Assembly: GCA_964427405.1 (NCBI GenBank)
Contig: CAYRUB010000003.1
Coordinates: forward strand, 64,946 to 128,945
From: an uncultured Planctomycetales bacterium
Lineage (GTDB): Bacteria; Omnitrophota; Gorgyraeia; Gygaellales; Profunditerraquicolaceae
Direction of reading: 5' to 3'
Length of the DNA stretch: 64,000 nt
The position numbers and the translations under genes were made by a program. Positions 48,701-59,508 of this stretch are shown piece by piece. Position 1 is the stretch's first letter, and each line of letters begins with the position of its first letter. The notes under the pieces were generated by a model. It saw only the letters and a program-made list of their open reading frames with translations, was not told the origin of the DNA and searched no databases.

Positions 48701-49432
48701 TCAACTCTTTCTATAATCTCCCATACTTAACCATTTTTCCAATAGACAATAAAGTATTATAAATAAATACCGGCTCCCCAGTTCCTTAATCTTGAATTTT
48801 GAGAAACCTTTCTTTCTATTTGTCCAGGAATTAGGAACGACGCAATAGCTATATCCTCTTATTATCGCTTTTAGGGGAATCTCAACAGTCAGATTAAAAT
48901 GATGGCTTAGCAGAGGTTTAACTCCATTTATGACCTCTTTTTTGTATAACTTAAAGGCGTTTGTTATATCGTTATATTTAATTGCGAAAAGAACCATTGT
49001 TAGCATGTTTCCCAGCCTGTTTAAGATAAGTTTATGGCCAGGATAATCAATTACTTTACTACCCTTAATAAATCTAGACCCAAAAACACAATCATAGCCT
49101 TTCTGCATTTTTCTATAATAATTTACCAAGTCCGTGGGGCTATCAGACATATCAGCCATAACAATAGCTACGCAATCACCATTAAAGTTTTCTAACCCCT
49201 TTTTCACCGCAAAACCATAACCGTTTGGGGGCCCGTTATTAATATAATTTAATTCCTTAACTTCAGTCTTAAGCCTCTTAAGTATCTCTTCTGTGCTATC
49301 CGTGCTATTATCATTAATAATCAGAATTTCATGGTCTATCTTGCTTGTTTTTAGCTCTCTATTGAAAGCCAAAACTGTATTTTCAATATTCTCTACTTCA
49401 TTATGCGCAGGAATTAAAAGGGATAATTTCAT
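48701..49432 (-). CDS. GT2 glycosyltransferase (DPM-like)
   Basis: IPAHNE, MADMSD, FGSRF. Confidence 0.85.
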   Translation of the reverse strand: MKLSLLIPAHNEVENIENTVLAFNRELKTSKIDHEILIINDNSTDSTEEILKRLKTEVKELNYINNGPPNGYGFAVKKGLENFNGDCVAIVMADMSDSPTDLVNYYRKMQKGYDCVFGSRFIKGSKVIDYPGHKLILNRLGNMLTMVLFAIKYNDITNAFKLYKKEVINGVKPLLSHHFNLTVEIPLKAIIRGYSYCVVPNSWTNRKKGFSKFKIKELGSRYLFIILYCLLEKWLSMGDYRKS

Positions 49433-49457
49433 TTTGATTACACTAAACAGCTACTAT

Positions 49458-50651
49458 TTATTGCTCCAAGCTAAAGCTCAAAGCTACCGTTAAACCTAAT
49501 ATAATCCAGAAAAGAAAGCTCAACTGAAAAGAATATAGATGAACCTCGAAAAAGCTATGTACTAGAAAACCCAATAAACCCGCGGTTAAGCCTATTAAAA
49601 CAAAAAGATTTAAGGATTGGGGTGTTCTTATACCCACCTTAATACTTCTATAAAAAACATAACCCACAAACAAAAGGAAACACAATAAAGAAAAAATTCC
49701 TGATTCAGCCCATATTTGGAGGAAACAATTATGAGCGTAAAAAACACCAGGGTTATTTGTATAAAGAGCACAATAATCCATAAAAGTTCCAATCCCCTTG
49801 CCAAGTAAAGGATGCTCTTTAATCATTCCCCAGGCGCCATGGAAAAGAGTAAACCTATAACTATCCCTCCTGTTCTGGAAGAAAAATAAAGCTAATCCTA
49901 TTAATGGCACAAAGAAAAGATAGCAGGACAAAAACAATGACCAAAATACTTTTATTATTCGGTGATGACTAGTAATCAGAATAACAAAAATTGAACCAGC
50001 TATAAGCCCCAACCACCCACCTCGACAACCAGTCCAAAGAGAAGACAGAATAAGCATAACGGTAATCAAAATAAAGCATAATCTTACAGTAATTTTCTTC
50101 CATTTCCATAAACTAAGACTCAAAACAACAGGAATAACACAAGTTAAATACGCTGCCAAACCATTTGGATTTTTAAAAGGGCCTATGCTAGGAGCAGAAT
50201 ACCCCCACGAAGCTCTCCCCCTTAAGAATTCAAACCCAAAAAACTTTTGTGTAAAAACTGTAAGCCCCACCAATGCCGCACTAAACAAAATAATATACAC
50301 AGCCTTAACAATACGCCTGGTATCCCGAAATGTATCAATTATTGCCCAAATAAGCAAAGGAAACCTGCCCCATTTTATAATAAGCACTTTTAAGCTTTTA
50401 ACAACTAACGGCCCGCTGTTAAGCAGCGACAAATCCATAAAGGCAAAAAATAACAAAAGAAATATAAACAACATCTTATTAGCTTTTATACTGGTAAAAT
50501 CCGGGGATAAAACCTTCTTGAGCAAAAAAAAGGTCAGCACAAAACTGGCGAAAGTACCAATCATCGCTATAGAAATAGGAATAAAGAATATCAGCCCGTA
50601 AACAGAATATTCAACTGCTACATCTAAAAATCTTAATATTTTTAATTTCAT
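49458..50651 (-). CDS. O-antigen ligase family protein
   Basis: FKNPN, TGCRGGW, GKGIGTF, AHNCFLQ.WAE.G. Confidence 0.88.
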   Translation of the reverse strand: MKLKILRFLDVAVEYSVYGLIFFIPISIAMIGTFASFVLTFFLLKKVLSPDFTSIKANKMLFIFLLLFFAFMDLSLLNSGPLVVKSLKVLIIKWGRFPLLIWAIIDTFRDTRRIVKAVYIILFSAALVGLTVFTQKFFGFEFLRGRASWGYSAPSIGPFKNPNGLAAYLTCVIPVVLSLSLWKWKKITVRLCFILITVMLILSSLWTGCRGGWLGLIAGSIFVILITSHHRIIKVFWSLFLSCYLFFVPLIGLALFFFQNRRDSYRFTLFHGAWGMIKEHPLLGKGIGTFMDYCALYTNNPGVFYAHNCFLQIWAESGIFSLLCFLLFVGYVFYRSIKVGIRTPQSLNLFVLIGLTAGLLGFLVHSFFEVHLYSFQLSFLFWIILGLTVALSFSLEQ

Positions 50652-52474
50652 AGAGATATTATCTCGCGCATTTTCTTAACCGTTCCCGGACCATCCATCA
50701 CCTTTGCTATTTTTTCCAATTCTTTTATTTTTCGCCTTAATACCCGCGGATCAAAATAATCCGACTGGGCGATATAAATCTTATTCGCCTTGGTAGCTTT
50801 ATCTTTTTCGCTATTTAACAAGGTTTCCTCAAAAAGTTTCTCCCCCGGCCGTAACCCAATAAATTTTATCTTTATGTCTTCTCCGAGCTTTAAGCCATAA
50901 AGAGCAACTAACTCTTTTGCTAAATCCAGCACCTTGATCTGCTCTCCCATATCCAAAATAAATATCTCTCCCGCCTTGCCCATTCCCCCGGCCTGCAAAA
51001 CAAGCTGGCTTGCCTCATTAATACTCATAAAATATCTTTTAACCTCAGGATGAGTTAATGTTACAGGCCCGCCTTCTTCAATCTGTCTCTTAAATAAAGG
51101 GACAACGCTACCATCAGAACCTAAGACATTGCCAAATCTAACCGCCATAAATTTAGTCTTACTGATTTTAGCCTTGGACTGCAAAATCATCTCCGCGATC
51201 CTTTTGGTAATACCCATCACGCTTGTCGGGTTTACCGCTTTATCCGTAGAAATAAAAATAAACCTCTCTACTTTATAATGATCCGAAGCATAAATAAGAT
51301 TTCGGCTTCCAACAATATTATTCTTTACGGCAGCGACAGCATTCTCTTCCATAAGCGGAACATGTTTATGCGCTGCCGCATGGAAAACAACTTGCGGCTT
51401 ATAAAGCGAAAACACGCTCTTCAGCAAGCCTATATCTTTTATATCTCCGATTATGGTTTTAAACTTAATTTGGGGATATTTTGTCAAAAATTCAATTCCC
51501 AAATAATAAACATTGTTCTCATTATGATCAAATAACAAGATCTCCTTAGGGCTAAAATTCACTATCTGCCTGCAAAGAGATGAGCCTATTGAGCCGCCCG
51601 CGCCGGTAACCAAAACTACTTTCCCTGATAGATACCCCTTAATCTCTTTCTCATCGATATTTACAGTTTCCCTGCCGAGAAGATCTTCCGGCTTAACATC
51701 TCTGGGCTTAACCTCTAAATCACCATTGAGTAACTTTTGCAAACCCGGAACTATGCGAATTCTTATAGAAGGTATTTGGCAATATGAAATAATGCTCCTG
51801 ATTACTTCACCTTTAGCAGAAGGAATAGCTATAACAACTTCATCAATCCCGTATTTTTCAACAATTGAAGCTATATCTTTACAGGCCCCTAAAATACTTA
51901 CGCCTTGAATACGCAGATTCTTTTTGCTTCGATCATCATCGATGAAACCCACTACTTCTATATTGGCCTTAGGGTTAATTCTTGCCTCCCTTAAAACCAT
52001 TACACCAGCTTCTCCTGCCCCTACGATAATCGCCCTTTTGCGCTTACTTCCTATTGCAGGACGGTATTTTTCCCGCAATAATCTGGTAACAAAACGGATC
52101 CCCGCCATAGAGCAGAAACTTAAAATACAATCCAGAACAAAGATCGATCGAGGAAAACCTTCAAAAGTATAGAAAAAAGCAACAGCGGGAATAAAACAAA
52201 GCATAGCTAAAATATGCGCCTTTGCAATCCTCCAGATATCATCTATGCTGGCATATCTCCATAAACCGGAATAAAGCCCAAAATATCCAAAAATAACAAT
52301 TTTAATACCAATAAGAATGGGGAGGGTTTTAAAAATTACCTGCCAATAATTGCTATCAATCTTGAAATCAAAACGCAGGTAAAAAGCAAAGATATAGGCG
52401 CAAATCACCAAAGCTAAATGGAAAGCTATGATAATTAAACGCCGGGATTTAAGAATTAACTCTTTCAGGTTCAT
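50648..52474 (-). CDS. UDP-GlcNAc 4,6-dehydratase (PglF/WbpM/CapD family)
   Basis: TGAGGSIG, HAAAHKHVP, STDKAVNP, RFGNVLGS, GLRPGEKL. Confidence 0.94.
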   Translation of the reverse strand: MNLKELILKSRRLIIIAFHLALVICAYIFAFYLRFDFKIDSNYWQVIFKTLPILIGIKIVIFGYFGLYSGLWRYASIDDIWRIAKAHILAMLCFIPAVAFFYTFEGFPRSIFVLDCILSFCSMAGIRFVTRLLREKYRPAIGSKRKRAIIVGAGEAGVMVLREARINPKANIEVVGFIDDDRSKKNLRIQGVSILGACKDIASIVEKYGIDEVVIAIPSAKGEVIRSIISYCQIPSIRIRIVPGLQKLLNGDLEVKPRDVKPEDLLGRETVNIDEKEIKGYLSGKVVLVTGAGGSIGSSLCRQIVNFSPKEILLFDHNENNVYYLGIEFLTKYPQIKFKTIIGDIKDIGLLKSVFSLYKPQVVFHAAAHKHVPLMEENAVAAVKNNIVGSRNLIYASDHYKVERFIFISTDKAVNPTSVMGITKRIAEMILQSKAKISKTKFMAVRFGNVLGSDGSVVPLFKRQIEEGGPVTLTHPEVKRYFMSINEASQLVLQAGGMGKAGEIFILDMGEQIKVLDLAKELVALYGLKLGEDIKIKFIGLRPGEKLFEETLLNSEKDKATKANKIYIAQSDYFDPRVLRRKIKELEKIAKVMDGPGTVKKMREIISL

Positions 52475-52482
52475 AGCGTTAT

Positions 52483-52510
52483 ATTATATACCAAAATACA
52501 GTTTTAGCAA
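52483..52510 (-). promoter_or_regulatory. Promoter of the pglF-like gene (probably leaderless)
   Basis: TTGCTA-16-TATAAT ending 8 nt before the ATG; no SD. Confidence 0.5.
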
Positions 52511-52526
52511 TTATTTGATACGATTT

Positions 52527-53090
52527 TTAATGCTGGACGCCTTCTCTTTTTACTACCTTTATCGCAGTCAAAAGGATAATATAAAGGTCAAAGGCAAAAA
52601 AGCGGTGTTTGAGGTAATATTCATCGAAATAAACCTTTACGGGAATCGGTAAATCGTCCCTTCCATTTACCTGTGCCCAGCCCGTAACTCCGGGAACAAG
52701 TTTATGAATATCTTTCTTTGTACGCAATTCCACAAGGTCATCCTGGTTAAACAATGCCGGGCGCGGCCCGACAAAACTCATATCCCCCTTTAAAACGTTA
52801 AATAACTGTGGCAGTTCATCAAGGCTGAATTTACGCAAAAAAGCTCCCCCGGGAATCAAATATCTTTCAGGGTTTTCCATTAAGTGCGTAGCTACCTGAG
52901 GCGTGTTTAATTCCATAGTCCTGAATTTAGCCATTTTGAATACAGCATTATTCTTACCAACGCGATTAGTCCAAAATATAGCCGGCCCCTTAGAAACTAA
53001 TCTAATCCATAAAGCAATAGCCAACATAGGAATGCTCAATAGAACTATCAAAATCAAAGCTAAAATTAAATCAAAAATTCGTTTTACCAT
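52527..53090 (-). CDS. Initiating phosphoglycosyltransferase (bacterial sugar transferase)
   Basis: KRIFD, KFRTM, SLDELPQL.NV..GDMSFVGPRP, PGVTGWAQVNGR. Confidence 0.93.
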   Translation of the reverse strand: MVKRIFDLILALILIVLLSIPMLAIALWIRLVSKGPAIFWTNRVGKNNAVFKMAKFRTMELNTPQVATHLMENPERYLIPGGAFLRKFSLDELPQLFNVLKGDMSFVGPRPALFNQDDLVELRTKKDIHKLVPGVTGWAQVNGRDDLPIPVKVYFDEYYLKHRFFAFDLYIILLTAIKVVKREGVQH

Positions 53091-54024
53091 ACCCCTTAAC
53101 CGTCCCTCTTATCCCCTCTTCCAGGGTAAACGGCGCCTTCCAGCCAAGCAGGTTCCTGATTTTGCTACTATCAACAAGGAGAGTTCCTGTTAATTTCTCC
53201 AGCTCTTCAGCCTTTCCTGCAATCTTACACAGCGCCTTTAGAATACCAGGATGCAAGGAAAATAAAACCGCCTTCTTATTCATCGCACTAGCAATCATCC
53301 TTATTAAATCCGGCGTAGAAATATCCTGCCCATCACTTACCAGAAAAGTTTCACCTCCTGCCAGCGGATGAGAAATGCAGGTACTGATAGCATCCACCAA
53401 ATTGCCGACGTAAAGGAAGCTACGCAAACTATTTATATTTCCTAATGGAAGCGGCAAGCCGGTTTTAATTAAACACACCAATCTTCCAAAATTACCCGGA
53501 GCATTTAATCCATAAACCAATGGTGGCCTCAAGATGACAACTTCCATCTTGGTATTTTCTGCCACCTTGCGTAAAGTTTGTTCCGCCTCCCATTTTGAAA
53601 CCGCATACCCACCAACCGGATTAGGAATATCATTCTCGGTAAAAGGTTTTCTATCAATAAATTTCCCGTTTACGCCGATTGAGCTAATAAAAATAAACCT
53701 GCGCACTCCTGCATTTGCAGCCATTTTCGCCAGGCGTTCGGTTCCAGGCACATTTACCTTACGAAACGCTTCAACAGGGTCAACCGTTGAATCATACATA
53801 ATATGAACACGCGCCGCTAAGTGAATAACTGTATCCACCCCGGCTAAAGCCTCCTGCCAATCCGTTGACTCATTCATATCTCCCACTAAAATATATTCAT
53901 CAACTACAGAGGGTTCACACACATTATTACGCACAGCCGCGCGAATAGGATAGCCTTTTCTTTTTAAGGAAACACACAGATTGCGGCCAATAAATCCGTT
54001 TGCGCCCGTTACTAAAACTCTCAT
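53071..54024 (-). CDS. NAD-dependent epimerase/reductase (WbpK/WbpV-like)
   Basis: TGANGFIG, HLAARVH, YAVSK, RPPLVYG. Confidence 0.88.
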   Translation of the reverse strand: MRVLVTGANGFIGRNLCVSLKRKGYPIRAAVRNNVCEPSVVDEYILVGDMNESTDWQEALAGVDTVIHLAARVHIMYDSTVDPVEAFRKVNVPGTERLAKMAANAGVRRFIFISSIGVNGKFIDRKPFTENDIPNPVGGYAVSKWEAEQTLRKVAENTKMEVVILRPPLVYGLNAPGNFGRLVCLIKTGLPLPLGNINSLRSFLYVGNLVDAISTCISHPLAGGETFLVSDGQDISTPDLIRMIASAMNKKAVLFSLHPGILKALCKIAGKAEELEKLTGTLLVDSSKIRNLLGWKAPFTLEEGIRGTVKGYGKTNF

Positions 54025-54785
54025 ATTCTATGAAAAAATTGTTTTATTCTCTCAATAAACTTATTAATAAAAAAAGAAAGAACACAAACTCTAATTTGAT
54101 TTTTACGTAAGGTTTTTATAATCGTGAAGTTCTGTTTGAAGATATTTAAAATGCTGTTATTTGTTACGCCCCCCAATCTCATCTTAACCAAAACTTGCGG
54201 GATATAGCAGGTTTTTATTTTATGTTGGTGCATAAACCGAAGGAGAATTTCATGATCCGCAACAACAGGTAAGCTTAAATCAAAGACACCGTATTTTTCA
54301 TATACCCATCTTTTAACAAAAAAAGTTGGGTGTGGCGGCATCCAGCCTTTGGCAAATAATCCTTTTTTATATTCACATGACCGCCAATATCTTATTACTT
54401 GATTGGTACTATATCTATCAACATAAATTAAATCGCCATAACATGCATCTATCTTCACATCATTCATAGCTTTTGCTACGGTACTCACAATAGAATTATT
54501 TGAATAAAAATCATCGGAATTTAAAATCCCAATAATTTCTCCCGAAGCTAATTTAATCCCCTTGTTCATCGCATCATAAATTCCCCTATCAGGTTCGCTT
54601 ATGAACTTATTGATTTTGTTACCATAAGACTTAACTATTCCAATTGTCCCGTCAGTTGAGCCGCCGTCAATAATTATATGTTCCACATACTGATAACTCT
54701 GCCTAGACACGCTTTCAATACAGTCTCGGATTGTCAAAAGACTATTGTACGAAACAGTTATTATAGATACCTTTAGATTCCCCAT
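54021..54785 (-). CDS. GT2 glycosyltransferase (WcaE-like)
   Basis: IDGGSTDGT, GIYDAMNKG, LNSDD, PPHPTFF. Confidence 0.9.
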   Translation of the reverse strand: MGNLKVSIITVSYNSLLTIRDCIESVSRQSYQYVEHIIIDGGSTDGTIGIVKSYGNKINKFISEPDRGIYDAMNKGIKLASGEIIGILNSDDFYSNNSIVSTVAKAMNDVKIDACYGDLIYVDRYSTNQVIRYWRSCEYKKGLFAKGWMPPHPTFFVKRWVYEKYGVFDLSLPVVADHEILLRFMHQHKIKTCYIPQVLVKMRLGGVTNNSILNIFKQNFTIIKTLRKNQIRVCVLSFFINKFIERIKQFFHRI

Positions 54786-54816
54786 TACTTACCAGGAGTT
54801 GTACCTAGAGAATTTT

Positions 54817-55659
54817 TCATTTTCTAAACTTCAATAAAACATTGGTTAGTCTCGAAGGCTCTGAAGGCATATCCCTGAATACCTTCAGACTGATTTTTGC
54901 AAAAATAGGATAAAGCAAACCGAAAAAAATAGAAGAAAACGGCATGAGTTTTCCACACAAATCTGAAAATACAGGATAACTTTCGCAACAATAAATCTTA
55001 TATAACAAGGACAATTTAGAGGGTAAAATAAGTCGTTCTCGTAAAGCATTCTCGTCGTATCGTCTTGCCCATAAAATTTCCCCATTTCCGATAGGAGCAT
55101 TGCCATAACATTCTTTAGCCACGTAGGTTTCATAGTAGCTTCTATAGTATGGAACAGTAATAACTAATACCCCTCCTTTTTTCAATACGCGAGATAACTC
55201 CAACATTGTCCGGCTATCTCCGTCATCGGGAATATGTTCAATCACCGATATGGAATATATTTTATCAAAATATTCATTGGGATAAGGCAGAGATCTGCCA
55301 TCAACCACACCAAGCGTTATACCAGATAAAATCTTTTTCTTTTTATCTATAATACCAATCAGAGACTGCCAGTTATCGATTTCTTTCTGCCAAGCATCTA
55401 CGGCAGTTATCTGACAATCGATGTTTTCTGCAATAAACAGAGATAGTAATTTAGCACTGGAAAGATCCAGAACCTTTTCTGCTGATTTTATCTCTAACGC
55501 ATTTGCTGTAGCCGGAAGCTCAAAGTACCTGGCAATATCCATAGGGATCAATAAACGTTTTAAACCTTCCTTATTATATTTGGAAAACTTGCAAAGCCAC
55601 CTCAATCCTATCTTAATACTATACTTGTAAATATCAAACCAGGAATAATTCATACGCAA
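54817..55659 (-). CDS. Class I SAM methyltransferase
   Basis: VLDLSS, ISVIEHI, RVLKKGG, TVP. Confidence 0.78.
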   Translation of the reverse strand: MRMNYSWFDIYKYSIKIGLRWLCKFSKYNKEGLKRLLIPMDIARYFELPATANALEIKSAEKVLDLSSAKLLSLFIAENIDCQITAVDAWQKEIDNWQSLIGIIDKKKKILSGITLGVVDGRSLPYPNEYFDKIYSISVIEHIPDDGDSRTMLELSRVLKKGGVLVITVPYYRSYYETYVAKECYGNAPIGNGEILWARRYDENALRERLILPSKLSLLYKIYCCESYPVFSDLCGKLMPFSSIFFGLLYPIFAKISLKVFRDMPSEPSRLTNVLLKFRK

Positions 55660-55669
55660 TCAATTCTCC

Positions 55670-56797
55670 TTATTTTTTTCTAGTGGTGACGATAGCATTT
55701 TTAATCGAGTTGACAATAAACTTAATCTTTTTTTCTTCAAGATTTATCGAGGACGGCAAATAAAGTCCTTTTTTAGATAGCTCCTCGGCAACGAGACATC
55801 TCTCATTCTTAAAATATCCCATTTTTGTAAAAGCAGGTTGCTTATTCATTGGGATAAAAAATCCTCTTGTCTCGATACCTTTTTTATGCAAATGGTGCAT
55901 TAATACATCCCTGCCAACACCTGTTTTGCAACCATCCACTAGAATACAATACATCCAGTAAACGTTTTTTGCATATCCCATTTCTACCGGCAATGTTATA
56001 CCGTCGATACCACTCAATAGAGAGTTATACATTTTTGCAATTGCCCTCTTCTTCTCTATAATAAGATCGATTTTTTCCACCTGTGCCAAGCCTATAGCCG
56101 CTTGCACATTGGTCATTCTGTAGTTAAAACCCACATGATAATGAAGAAACCTGCGCTTTTTTGAAAATGCTAGGTTTCTTAGTAATTTCGCGCGTTCGGC
56201 AAATTTTTTATTATCTGTTACTATCATTCCTCCTTCACCGGTAGTAACGATCTTATTGGCGTAAAAACTAAAACACCCCATGTCGCCCAATGAACCAACT
56301 TTCTTACCAAGATATTCTGCTCCGTGCGCCTCCGCACAGTCTTCCACGATCCTTAGATTATATTTATTAGCAATATCGATAATCGGCTTCATGTTAACCG
56401 GGTGCCCATAAATATGTACCGGCATTATTGCCTTGGTATTTTTGGTAATCTTCTCTTCGATCTTATTTACATCTATGTTCCAAGTAGCCGTCTCGGAATC
56501 AACCACTACGGGTTTTGCGCCACAGTATATTACCGCATAAGCAGTAGCAATATTCGTAAAGGCAGAAAGTATAACCTCATCGTTTTTCTTTATTCCCATA
56601 GATGCCAGCGCTAAATGCAACGCGGTCGTCCCGCTTGTTGTAGTAATACCGAACTTGGCTCCGCAAAACTTGCTAAATTGGCTTTCGAAAAGTGAAATAT
56701 ACTTGCCAAATGCCCCAGATATCTCATTTTTGTTTAGTGCCTCAAGCACATATTTCTTTTCTTTACCCCCTAATATCGGTTCGCATACAGGTATCAT
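55670..56797 (-). CDS. Perosamine synthetase-like DegT aminotransferase
   Basis: SGTTALHLAL, PVHIYGHP, EDCAEAHG, SFYANKIVTTGEGG, NYRMTN. Confidence 0.9.
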   Translation of the reverse strand: MIPVCEPILGGKEKKYVLEALNKNEISGAFGKYISLFESQFSKFCGAKFGITTTSGTTALHLALASMGIKKNDEVILSAFTNIATAYAVIYCGAKPVVVDSETATWNIDVNKIEEKITKNTKAIMPVHIYGHPVNMKPIIDIANKYNLRIVEDCAEAHGAEYLGKKVGSLGDMGCFSFYANKIVTTGEGGMIVTDNKKFAERAKLLRNLAFSKKRRFLHYHVGFNYRMTNVQAAIGLAQVEKIDLIIEKKRAIAKMYNSLLSGIDGITLPVEMGYAKNVYWMYCILVDGCKTGVGRDVLMHHLHKKGIETRGFFIPMNKQPAFTKMGYFKNERCLVAEELSKKGLYLPSSINLEEKKIKFIVNSIKNAIVTTRKK

Positions 56798-57201
56798 AGT
56801 TTTTCTCCTATATCTATCTTATCTTCTTCTGCACCAAGAAAAGGACCTTGCTTTACTGTCAAACACCTTAGGTCTTCTAAAACCCTAATGGAATGAGCTC
56901 CATTCATTATTAGGATCGTATCACCTTCCTCCAGTTTTACAGTCTTTATTTTCTCACAGCGATCAGAAAAAAAATCAACTTCTACAATTCCTTTTTCAAT
57001 AAAAAGCATCTGCTGGAGATCGCGAATAATCCTTTCCATCGGCTTATGTGTATGCGGAACCTCAATGTATCCCTTCTTGTGGACTATAAACCCAACCTGA
57101 AGGGAACTCTCGCTCGGAGTAAGAAATGTGCTCTTATCAGCCTGAAAATCTTTTCTGAAGACAATAGCAAAAAGCCTATCCCTATGCTCAACTCGCTCCA
57201 T
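56794..57201 (-). CDS. Cupin-fold protein (WbuC-like)
   Basis: LQVG, PHTH, GAH, VKQGP. Confidence 0.65.
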   Translation of the reverse strand: MERVEHRDRLFAIVFRKDFQADKSTFLTPSESSLQVGFIVHKKGYIEVPHTHKPMERIIRDLQQMLFIEKGIVEVDFFSDRCEKIKTVKLEEGDTILIMNGAHSIRVLEDLRCLTVKQGPFLGAEEDKIDIGEKL

Positions 57202-58366
57202 TCTTCACCTCGTTTAGTGTATCAAAAATCTTTTTGACAACAGAATCCCAATTATACATGCTTTTAACTCTCTCTCTGGCATGCACCCCCATAGACCTCG
57301 CATTCTCACTATCAGACAAGATCTTCGCTATGTATTCAATCATCTCATGTTGGTTATATGGATCGAACAAATAACCCGATAGTCCATGGACAACCTCATC
57401 GTTTGTAAAGTTTGTTCTCACAACTGGAGTTTCACATGCCATGGACTCCAATACAAACAAGCTATTGCAACTGGTTCCGGAACCAATACCTGTGTAAACG
57501 CAAACATCGGCAAGTGAATAATAAAACGGCAAATCATCGATGCTAACAAAACCGACGACCTGTACATTTCTTTCTACACCCAGTCTTTTTATTTTATTCA
57601 AAAGATCCTTAATAACCTTTTTGTTCTCGAATACATGCGTTATGAGAAGCAGACTATTTGGAAACCTTCTAACTATATCTGGCATAGCACTAACAATAAA
57701 ATCGGATCTTTTCAAAGCAGTATAATCTGTGGCGTGCAGGATTATTTTCCTATCACTATACAATCTTATTAGGTCGTCACTATCCTTCCTTCGGAAAAAC
57801 TCAGTATCTACGCCGACATAAGTTGGTAATGATTCCCGATCATATACACGCTTTATCCATTTAGAAACACCTTCTACCGTTGTTAATACCCTCTCAGCAT
57901 TACGGGTTGCACGAATATCCTGTTTAGCATATAATAGTCGCATCAATTTTGCAAAACCTCTTCTATAAAAAGACCAATCGCTTATAGATTGCTTATCGTG
58001 GAATATTACATAGGGCTCAAAGCAATATTGCACATACTTTTTCTTCATTCTTTGAGCGATAATGTTCATCGGGAACATGCTGACAACTATAACATCGTAT
58101 TCATCAAGCTCCGTTTTCAAGTTTTCAATATCCCTATTAAGATAGAGCGGCAAGAATAACCAAAAAAACATAGAATAAGTTGAAGCTGTTCCTATGGTTT
58201 TAAATCCAATCCCTTCCTTTAAAAACATATCCTTTATTCTGTCTTCCGCTGTCTGTGAAAAGACATCTATCCTACAGTATTTTCCGAGTCTTTTTGTGAC
58301 TTCAAATATAAATTTGTTGCCTCCTGTCCAGTGATGAAAGTTAGAATTAAGCCAAGCAATTTTCAT
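57188..58366 (-). CDS. GT4 glycosyltransferase
   Basis: GVDTEFF, LESMACETPVV, YNWD; ATGA-coupled start. Confidence 0.85.
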   Translation of the reverse strand: MKIAWLNSNFHHWTGGNKFIFEVTKRLGKYCRIDVFSQTAEDRIKDMFLKEGIGFKTIGTASTYSMFFWLFLPLYLNRDIENLKTELDEYDVIVVSMFPMNIIAQRMKKKYVQYCFEPYVIFHDKQSISDWSFYRRGFAKLMRLLYAKQDIRATRNAERVLTTVEGVSKWIKRVYDRESLPTYVGVDTEFFRRKDSDDLIRLYSDRKIILHATDYTALKRSDFIVSAMPDIVRRFPNSLLLITHVFENKKVIKDLLNKIKRLGVERNVQVVGFVSIDDLPFYYSLADVCVYTGIGSGTSCNSLFVLESMACETPVVRTNFTNDEVVHGLSGYLFDPYNQHEMIEYIAKILSDSENARSMGVHARERVKSMYNWDSVVKKIFDTLNEVKNGAS

Positions 58367-59508
58367 AAGCATACCCCAGCAGCAATCTCTACAGCGCGAT
58401 TCAAATCTTTCGCGTATTTCTGCGGAGTAAAATCCGATATCAATTGCCTGGATTTCTCTCCCATCGTTTTTCTTAAGCCTTTCTCCCTGAAAAGCAAATT
58501 AAGCTTATCTGCTAGTTCATCAGAATCGTGCGGGTTAAAAACATATCCGTTTATTCCGTCTTTTACCAAATCTTTCGCCGCACCTACCATGGAAGAACAT
58601 AGAACAGGAAGTCCACACGCCATTGCTTCGTTCAGAACCAACCCCCATACCTCTATTAACGAGGGCAGCACAAACACATCTGCTATAGCATAATATTCAT
58701 ATAATTTCTCCGCTTTCTGACTACCCTCAAAGTAGACGTTTTTTATATTATTGCGATTCACAAAATCTTCATTTTTTGATCTTTCTGGACCATCACCAAC
58801 TATAACTAAACCCATATCTTTATTATAAATCTTGCTAAAAGCTTCTAACAGCACCCCAAGACCCTTTCTTTCAATAAGTTGTCCGGAAAACAGTATAACA
58901 TGCTTGGGAAATCTTTTTTGCATCTTAATTTCATCTTTACGCATACCGATTTCAAAGCTTCTTTGCGAAAACGATAGAATATCCACAGTATTACATGAAA
59001 CTACTATCTTTTCTTCTTCCGCCCCAAAATACTGCAAATATTCTTTCGACAAGCTACCATAGGCCAAGTACGCATCTGCATTTTTAATAAAAGCTTTTTT
59101 TAGCACATCAACTATCGGATTTTTTATCCTTCTACTCAAAAGAGTACTTCCGCTCCACAGTACCAATTTTTTTTTAAATAGCTTTGTATAGGCTAAAACA
59201 AAACAATATCCCGGTAACTCATATCCTTCGGAAACGACTACATCAAAATTACCTTTGACTAAAAGAGGCAGCAACCCAAAATTTATATGCATACTAAGAT
59301 CCAGCTTTCTACAAAAGTAATTCAAACCCTTCAATATTTCAAATTTATACTTGATACGTCCTTCACAGGTATCCCAGTCTCTATTGCTATGAATCCTACT
59401 CATGTAAAAAACCTTTAAGCCTGGATTAAATTCTCTAAAATAGTTCAAAACCGGTATCCTACAAGGATGAATGATATTGGTTATAAGCGCTATATTCTTG
59501 ACTGTCAT
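58363..59508 (-). CDS. GT4 glycosyltransferase
   Basis: GQLIERKG, EVWGLVLNEAMACGLP; ATGA-coupled start MTVKN. Confidence 0.9.
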   Translation of the reverse strand: MTVKNIALITNIIHPCRIPVLNYFREFNPGLKVFYMSRIHSNRDWDTCEGRIKYKFEILKGLNYFCRKLDLSMHINFGLLPLLVKGNFDVVVSEGYELPGYCFVLAYTKLFKKKLVLWSGSTLLSRRIKNPIVDVLKKAFIKNADAYLAYGSLSKEYLQYFGAEEEKIVVSCNTVDILSFSQRSFEIGMRKDEIKMQKRFPKHVILFSGQLIERKGLGVLLEAFSKIYNKDMGLVIVGDGPERSKNEDFVNRNNIKNVYFEGSQKAEKLYEYYAIADVFVLPSLIEVWGLVLNEAMACGLPVLCSSMVGAAKDLVKDGINGYVFNPHDSDELADKLNLLFREKGLRKTMGEKSRQLISDFTPQKYAKDLNRAVEIAAGVCL

